From Antedon mediterranea (Eukaryota > Animalia > Echinodermata): DNA of 64,000 nucleotides. The position numbers and the translations under genes were made by a program. The stretch is taken from assembly GCF_964355755.1 (NCBI RefSeq), contig NC_092671.1, positions 39,938,304 through 40,002,303 on the forward strand. Direction: 5' to 3'. The notes under the pieces are model-generated. The model had not been told where the DNA came from. It saw only the letters and a program-made list of their open reading frames with translations, and did not search any database. Every line of letters begins with the position of its first letter. The first letter of the stretch is position 1. Below are positions 55,450-64,000 of this stretch, one piece after another.

Positions 55450-57808
55450 GAATACAGGTCAACCCGTACCCATGCCAACTCGTACCCACCAACTCGTACC
55501 CAAATTTTGGCTTACTCGTACCCAAAATTTTGGCTGACCCGTACCCATCATTGGCTGACCCGTACCCATCATTGGCTGGCCCGTACCCAAGTTTAATGCT
55601 ATTTAAAGTATATTTATATTACATTTAAACCCAGTTTTATTAAATTTTTAGATACCAATCATATGTTCGATATTATAATGGCAAAAACTATTGACCTAAA
55701 ATGTATAATAATATGTACAGACTCGTACGTAAAAAGCACAGCTTTCATCGTATTTGCGTACGTCGTATTTATTGGTAAAGTTAATACTTGAGGGCGCTGT
55801 TTTATATGGCTCTGTGGAAGATGTCAGTGGTCGGCTGTGCTGCATTCTATTTTTTTTTCATTTATGAGTTATTAATCTATTATTTTCTACGAATAGTAGT
55901 ACACGGAAATTGAAATACCCACTAGTCTGTGATGATGAAAACTTGAATTATTAAAAGTAAACATAAATATCTTTTATACATAATTTGTATTTTCATTTTA
56001 TTTTACAGATAATGAAGTAATGTGCTTTTTGAAAATCGTTTTAAAACGAATGGTTTTTGTTGTTTTGTTTTGCAAGTTTTGGAAAATATTAAACTGTTTT
56101 AACATTTCGAAAATATTTAATACATTTTTAAATAGTCACTCGTATTTTAAAATCACGAAACTATTTAAGTGGATACCAGCCTCATTGCTGCTATGAGCAT
56201 TTAGTAGTAGATTAGATTATTGCCGTTTATCTAGTATACAATGACGGATGTGAGAGTAATAATAAAAGGTAACTACTGTACTAACCTCCAATAATTTAAC
56301 ATTTAATTACAAACGACGACATTTGCTGTTATTACGTTTTCATTTTATAATGATTATTACTGTATTATTATGACTAAAAACCGAAATAAATACTACTAAA
56401 ACTTAAAAAAATCATCTTATCGCTGACAGATACGTAAGAACTCAGACACGTGTAGGTAGGCCTTCAGAACGTTTATATTATTTTAGTAAATAAGACGACA
56501 TCCGTTGCCATGGAAAAACGATCGTAGTTCATTTCATTTGTCTTATTTGACACATTATAGAATGCGTATTTTTTTTTAAAAAAGGGAATCCCTCGTCAGC
56601 AAAAACACGTAGCTGTAAGTTATTGAGGAAACATCTACCAAAAATGTTTAATTACCGTAAACAAACAGATAATTTTACTGAATTATTTAAGAAAAAAAAT
56701 AAATAGAAAACGATCATACGCCACATTGAACCTTTTGGACACACTACAAATGGACCCGTACAAATGCGTTTTTTTTTTTTTAATAATAAAGAGGAATCCC
56801 CATTCAGCAAAAACACGTAGCTGTTATAGAAGAAAATCTGCCAAAATGTTTAATTGCCTTAGGCTACAGTACGACAGTACGTGTATATGATCATTTCACT
56901 GAATTATTAATAAATAAAATATATGGAAAATGATCATACGTCATTACTAAGTCGTCTCTTTGACGCCGGCCCTATAAATGCGTGTTTTTTATAATAAAAG
57001 GTTAATCCCGGTCAGAAAAAACACGTAACACGAAATCTACGAGTAATTCGACCCCATAGCCCGGCAGGCTTTTCGCTTAAAACAGGGTGTTGTTAATTCA
57101 ACCAATTTTAAATATACCAAATACAATAGAAATAATTACTTGATCGAATGTAATCAGGGAAGATAATTAGAATAAAATAAAAGAATAAAAATTGATAAGT
57201 ATAAAATTATACGTTGTTGGTACTTTACCTGGGCTTAATTGAATTGTAATACTAACTATACAACAGTTAAAATATTTTTTTATTAATTAATGTTCTCTTA
57301 CGTAAATAAAAAAGACACATCAAACATACGTTTATAAAACTATAATACTAGATTTAAATAAATGTTAACAAATATATGCCTAATTAAACGAAGTCTACAA
57401 TCAAATCAATGGTCATTTTTATTAGCACACATTTCACCGAGACCTGTATGTAAAATAAAAAAACAATTTAAATATAAAAATATTCATACGGCAAAAGCAT
57501 ACCACTAGTTTTACGCCGATCAAATCATTACAAGTAATTATTCAAATTGGGTACGAGTAGGCCAAATAATGGGTACGAGTAAGCCAAAAATGGGTACGGG
57601 TAAGCCAAAAAATGGGTACGAGTAAGCCAAATACTTGGGTACGAGTAAGCCAAATATTTAGGTACGAGTTGACATGGGTACGGGTTGGTTTGGGTACGGG
57701 TTAGCCAAAGTGGGTACGAGTTGACCAATTATTTGGGTACGGGTTAGCCAAGTTGGGTACGAGTTGGCATGGGTACGGGTTGGTTTGGGTACGGGTTGAC
57801 CAGCACCC
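55450..57808. mobile_element. Non-autonomous Mutator-like (MULE/foldback) DNA transposon, 2359 bp, intronic
   Basis: Perfect 9-bp TSD CCTTCCCTT (55441-55449 and 57809-57817). Imperfect TIRs GAATACAGGTCAACCCGTACC / GGTACGGGTTGACCAGCACCC. Inverted subterminal arrays of CGTACCC motifs. No transposase ORF. Confidence 0.88.
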
Positions 57809-58496
57809 CCTTCCCTTTACCAGCTAACCCGTCATATATAAAGCTATAGCGGGTCGGCCAACCTCAATTTTCACTAGGCCTAAGTGACAACTAACCTTGG
57901 TATCAAAGTAAAGAGCTGTGATTTACGAGAGCCAGTTGCAATAAATCACAGCTTGTGGTCTGACAGTGCAAGATAAACAGATACAGTGTATATAGCAAAC
58001 CAAACAAAATAAATGTTTCCGTAAAGAAAAAAATAAAAGTATTCATACAGTTGTATTCATTATAAAAAAATATTGTTTTTACATGTTCGAATCGTGAAAA
58101 TCGGTTAAGTTTACGTGGAGCTAGAAGAAAGTTAAAATACATTTTCAATCATGTCAATGAGCGTAGTGATAGTAATTCCTCGATGATGCACTAGGCCTAC
58201 ATAAGACGTAATGCTGTTTTAGTATATCTATTTGTAACACTTCATCACGTTATTTTGCAGTAAATATGTTATATTATAATGTCAATATTATGATTATATT
58301 AATTATTGAGGAAAAACGATTAAATTTATTTTGATGTAATAAAAGTTCTGAACTATTTTTCTTGTGCGTAATTAAGTGACCGAGTCGCGCGGCTGCTAAG
58401 AAAAAAATACAGTATTTTTGTGGCCGCTGCACACGTGGTCGAGAGCATGTAGATGGTTTACTTGATTGAATGGCGTATTAATTTTATATATAATAA

Positions 58497-59545
58497 CAGG
58501 GCTCGAAATTCACGCTAGCAAACTAGCATTTTGCTAGTAGATTCTTGATAATTGGTAGTTAAAAATGTCAAAACTAGCAAATTTTTGCTAGTGTAAGTTT
58601 AGCTTAGCCGCCGATCGCTATGTCGACAACGGCTAAATAGTAATAGGAACCAATTTGGTGAAATCAATTGTTTCATTTAGGCGTCAGCCAATTTAGGCCA
58701 AGAAACGCGAATAGCACCGTGAATCATGTGGTAGCATAGACGTTAACGATGTGCATTATAAACACATTAAATCACGTGCATTTAGTAGGTCGCTGAGGAT
58801 TACATCATCAGTCACGTGATTACAGAATACGCAATTATCAATTTAGGGATTTAACGAACGAAATAAATATTTTGCCTACACAGCCAGTGGTGGTCGAAGC
58901 GCATGTTTAATATGTTCGTAAATATTAAACAACCCCATACTTAATGGACTCTACTAATTTTGTTTACGATGATCTTCCGCTCGAGAAGAAAGTCTCCTCG
59001 GCACACCACGAGGTCCTGTGCGATTGGTTTCTTATGCCTATTTGTTTACCTGTGGAATAATTCCCATCACAACTTTAATTTACACAGCCTAGCAATGGGC
59101 AAAGGATTCATTTAATCAGCCCACAATAAATTGAGACCAACATCATGCTTCTTCTCGCGATAGGATAGATTAGTCGAGCGAGAGACGGCGGACCATGGCA
59201 TGGATGGCCGATGAGTGAGGCGGGCGTAGCTTGGACGGATTAGTTAGGGTCTACACTACAATTTCGCTCGGTGGCAATTAAATTTATAATTTTAATTACG
59301 TCTGGATATAAACAATATAAAACTCAGTTTTGCCATCGGCAATACAATTTTATACATACAATTTTGTTCTGCTTAAAATTATAAAAGTTTGACGTTTCGA
59401 CATAAAAAAAAGTGGGCCGAAACGTCTCGGGACGAATCGTCCATAGGCCGAAACGCCCCTGATTTGGCTAGCATGAAAGCTAAAATGGATAGTACAATGT
59501 TTCAATTGGGTAGAAAATTGCAATTGGTAGAAAAATGTTTTAATT
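58497..59545. mobile_element. Probable hAT-like non-autonomous element, decayed right end
   Basis: Begins CAGGGCTCGAAATT followed by repeated CTAGCA/TGCTAG motifs. Similar degenerate motifs near 59465-59535. No intact right TIR or TSD found. Confidence 0.4.
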
Positions 59546-62440
59546 GGGAGTTGAAATACCTATAAATGACAATAACATATTCAATATTTTATTCCCATTT
59601 TCAAGACAATATTTTACCTCTGCCAAGGAGGTATATGTAGTAGTCACATGAAGATATTTACTTTGACCAAAAATTGGATTAAAAAAAACAATTTATAGAA
59701 AAAAAAAATCAAATTGGCTGAAAGTCAATGGTTTTTTATTTAATTTACCTTTTTATTAAAGAGAACACATTTTTTGGATCTTCAAAATTGCGTATTTAAA
59801 AAATAAATAAAATATTCATTGTTCATGTTTTTGGGTGACAATACTGTACATCTTTATAATAAAGCACATAATAATATTATTACAGTAGAAAAGAAATCCT
59901 ATAACACCAGAGCTAATGAATTTAGAAAGTAGTTCCAGCTTACTAGGCAGAGAGCACTAGCTGACCTTGCTTGAGCAATAAACTTCCTAATCTAAACAAG
60001 CTATTATCGTAATCCAATTAAAATGCAATTAACAGTCCTAGACCTTAATCCCTAAAATGATGGTCAGAAATCAGCAAAATTGGTAAAGGGAAGGAACACC
60101 TCATGCATGAGTAAAGTTACCACCACACCCAAAGGCAACACCCAATGTTGTTCATTACAGCCTAGTCATTCCGACCTTCTTTGGTTTGTTGTCGCTTTGC
60201 TGTTCCAACAAGCTCTTTCCATCTGTTACGTTTTGGTTTTGTAATATCCATTTGCTTACGATGTAAAAACCACAGAATATGAAGATTGTTTAGCTCAGTA
60301 AATCGAGTAATTTATAATATGAATTCTAGACACACTCTCATCAACTTAAATTGCATTTCCCTTACATTGCTTTATGTAACTAATAAGTAAAGTATCATTG
60401 CTTGTTTATGTAAAGCATAAATAATTAAGAGTACTGGAAATGGGTGGTGTCGCTCGAGAGGAGCTGAAGAAAAGAGGGAAGATTGAAAGTGTTAGATGAC
60501 GACATAGATTTTAAACAACAGCAGGTGGAGGTATTTTCTAGCTTGTTAAGCATTTGTGTAATGATAGGATTGAAGTAATTTAACGAGTAGTATCATTTAA
60601 AAAGTTCTCATTAACGAGCATCCTGGCCAGGGGATTTACTAATTGTGAACAAATTGTAATATCATGTTATTATAGGATGTTCGGTAGGAAATCATTTCAA
60701 TGACATCTGACAATGAGAAAGCTTTTTATTATTCTTTATTATTATTCCTGAAGCGTAACTGTACTTGTAAATATTGGCGTTTGCATACCGAGATAACTTG
60801 CATATTAGTCTAGGTTGTTGGTCCTATATATAATTGTAACAAGAACGTACAAGACAAAAGAATAACTGTACAAGTAAAACGGTTGTATTAGATGTGATTA
60901 CACGGTATACTTAAATGCGAATATATGTATACAATAAATACGCTTGACTGACTACTGTTTTTATTTGGTGTATATCACAATTTCCAAACAAACAATTCAA
61001 AAGACTGTGCTTTTCATATGGTAGTAATAATTATAGAAGATGCATTTTCTATACAAGTACTTCAGACTTAATATTAGAATTTAAATGAACTTAAGCAGGC
61101 AGAACATTAAAACAAAACCCTTGACTTAAAACAACAAAGTAATAATTGGTTAAGTAGCAAGACAATTGATATGTAAACAATTAATGTGTTTCTCTCATTG
61201 ACACACTTGGTTTTAATCTATTTAACAAGGAGCTCTCCTACCAGATGTAATTAGTTAAGTAAACTACTTATATTGTCCATCAATTGCTACTTTACATTTC
61301 TATATGCTCTTATAATCAACTTTATTATTGTTAATTGGCTTTTACATCAATGGAGTATTGAGTAGAGCAGAAGAACTATTCTGAATAAACTACTGTATAT
61401 TGGCAATGATGAGTGCTTTTTGACATATTTTAGGTAGTTTTGATTTTTTCCATCAATCACTTTACAGGTATAAAAAATATATTAAAGAAATCTTCATAAC
61501 ATTCAATCGTCTGTTTATGCGCAAAAAAAAAAGATTTTTTTCCAAATGATTTTTCCCCTTCCATCACTTTACAGGTATCAAATGATATTTAAGAAAATCA
61601 TAAACTTTCTAAGCACTGTTACCAGAATCCTAAACTAAGGTGTAATTCTAAGTTACTTTTAGATTGAAAATCTACTTTTGTTGGACCTTTCTCTTTCTCC
61701 CTTATTATTTCACCATTCATAGATTTTAATCAAATTAATCAATAATAATCGAATCTAATTATATCAGAATAATATTGTGACAGAAGCCTCTTTTCATCAT
61801 CAACTTTGAAAAATTAAGAATTATTAGGTAAATTAAAATCGAGTGAGTCACCAATCATTAATCATTCAATAAGTTGTGTCTGACCTTTTCCGAGGTAATC
61901 ATGCGCGACAAGACAAACCATAGGTAGGAATATTAATACAACAAGTGTGATGCTTCGAGGCAATCAAAATAAAAGGTGACAAGTCATTTCAAAGAATGTT
62001 GCTCTCGGCATTGTGTAGACAACGAATTAGTCATTTAATTTGGTAGATTTTTGTATTAAAAAAACACGGACACTAATATATTAAGGTGCCTCTGTTTCTG
62101 TTGAATAGACTTTTAATAGTTTAGTATAATGTATAAATGATGTAATTATTTATACATTAAGTCACAATTTTTTTACACATGGTAGCCTATCCTGCATCTG
62201 CAGAATAAGTGCGCCCTGAAGTACAATCTAAAAATTTAGGAATGTGGGTTAATTTAATTTGTTTATTTTTCCACTTTTTGGCAGGTATGGCTATAAAACA
62301 GATTAAATGTATTACAAATAAAGTTTTTTTTTTTAAATATGAAAACATTCTGTCTTTGCCCATAAAAATCACTGCCATAAAAGTAGAATATTTCAACATG
62401 TGTTATGTCAGCAAGTAAAACAAAACAAAGTTGTACTTAC

Positions 62441-62722
62441 AATCCATGATGGATAAAGAATCGGGAGAAGTTCCTTGTGGCACTCCTTTCCTCTTTTTTA
62501 ATTTCTCGTACATCAACAAAGCTTTACGTCTTCTCTCATCTGCTCTTCTCTGCCTTTCAAGTTCCAATCTTAAAGCTGGATCAATATCTGGCATTGCTAA
62601 TGGTTCATGCGTCTCTGACTCTGGGGAGGGGGAAGGGGTAATTGGTTTGAGGGGTGGTGGAAGAGATTGAGTTGCTGGTATCATAGTAGCAACATGATTG
62701 ATAAGAGTTGGAGAAGGTGGCT
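62441..62722 (-). CDS. Internal coding exon A (first visible) of an EF-hand-domain protein gene; Pro-rich segment plus charged helix (PPSPTLINH...RLELERQRRADERRRKALLMYEKLKKRKG...SLSIMD)
   Basis: Lies within ORF 62403..62756. Minus-strand acceptor tatttcAG| and donor |GTaagt. 282 nt, phase 1 to phase 1, joins exon B in frame. Confidence 0.85.
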
Positions 62723-63856
62723 CTGAAATACAACAATATCCATGTTTTGTTAACATTCTTTACTTAACAGTTTAAAGACAAAAGTTGTTAACCAGTCTCT
62801 GTGTTAATGTTTTATAAACAAACTTAAAAATGTATTGTAAGTAAGATTTTGCTACTTATTTATTGAGGATTCTGATATTGGAATATATTTTTATTTTATT
62901 TTGATATAGTATTTTAATGCAATTTTAATGTTTATACAAATTATATTATCCTAAATGATTTTTTATGCATTTTTAATGTTTATACAAATTATATTCTAAA
63001 TGTTTTTTGTCCAATCAGTGCAATAGGAGACCTACTAGATAGTGATTAAGTTCACTTTTTAGGAATCCTCTCTCTTTTTTTCTTGTTCTTGTCCATTATG
63101 GAGACAAAATAAATGAAGTGAAAGTTTAACCAAAAATTATTACAATGTAACACTGTAGGTTAAAGACCATTTTACAGACATTTTTAATTGCACACCCCAA
63201 AAAGGGGTAAGTCTTTACGTAACTGACATGAGTAATCATTTCCAGGTACTTCAGTGAAATCGTAATAATTCTTTAAATTATAATTGTACTAGTTTTATTG
63301 TCTAGACTACAGATTGAGACACAGACAAATAATTTCCATATTCCAAATTAATTAAGAATTAATAAACACATATTTTCCACTGTGATCACTGTTAATAATT
63401 AACTTTTCTCCAAACTATTATTGGGGAAAACCAGATGAATTTTTAAATAAGCGCACTCAGCAATAGAATAGATACAGGTGTCGCCCATGTAGAACTAATG
63501 ATATGCAGTACAGGTGTTCTGGATGAATGACATATAGGTCAGGTGACAACCAGGTCAAGTAACAATCAAGTCAGGTGACTCAAACAGTTAGCAACATACA
63601 GAATAATTGACAGTGGCTCAATGCTTGAAACTTGTCCTATAAATCAATTTGATTTGAGTGTCCGTGCGGTTATGAGAGGGGGAACCACAAACTGGGGCGA
63701 ACGCAGGTTACAAACTAAAGGAAGTACACTAACCTCAACCGTACAATGGTTGGGCTGACTGACAAGTGAACATTCAAATAGATCTATGGTGAAAAATGCA
63801 TTCTCATACAACAGTATAACAAATGTGTGGATTGTTTAGGATTCTTCTTTGTCTTA

Positions 63857-64000
63857 AGTTCTGTCTACATTATCAAACTAGTTTGCCAAAAAAAGTTGTG
63901 ATGATCCTAAATATGGTTGGTAGTGATATCCCTAAATATGGTAGTGATATTCCCAAATATGGTAGTGATATGACATCATCATGTCCATATATGGGCACAT
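63857..64000. mobile_element. MITE family B copy, cut by the window end
   Basis: AGTTCTGTCTACATTATCAAACTAGTTTG...CATCATGTCCATATATGGGCACAT. Confidence 0.8.

Noticed and set aside
62431-62670. Plus-strand 79-aa ORF
   Set aside because: It is the antisense shadow of coding exon A.

Overview
This is AT-rich eukaryotic (invertebrate metazoan) genomic DNA, not prokaryotic. A Deu/Nin-domain SINE is consistent with an invertebrate deuterostome such as an echinoderm, but that is inference. The right third holds the 3' six coding exons of one spliced minus-strand gene (62722->41072). All GT-AG junctions join in phase into ~285 aa: a Pro-rich/coiled-coil segment, then a calmodulin-like region with one canonical EF-hand. 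Its 5' part lies upstream of 62722, probably beyond the window. Positions 1-~38.5 kb show no supportable protein-coding gene. The rest is repeats: tRNA-headed SINEs, at least three MITE families (two with AGCT ends and TWA flanks, PIF/Harbinger-like), a 2.36-kb Mutator-like foldback element with a 9-bp TSD, LINE and Penelope relics, and many 34-57 bp minisatellites (largest ~4.1 kb). All long ORFs in the track are artefacts of tandem repeats. I found no convincing new multi-gene system. The best leads are minisatellites visibly born from SINE/MITE sequence, a degenerate Penelope-type hammerhead motif, strong over-representation of TAGGCCTA, a CpG-rich to CpG-poor switch near the gene's 3' end, and the uncharacterised EF-hand gene.
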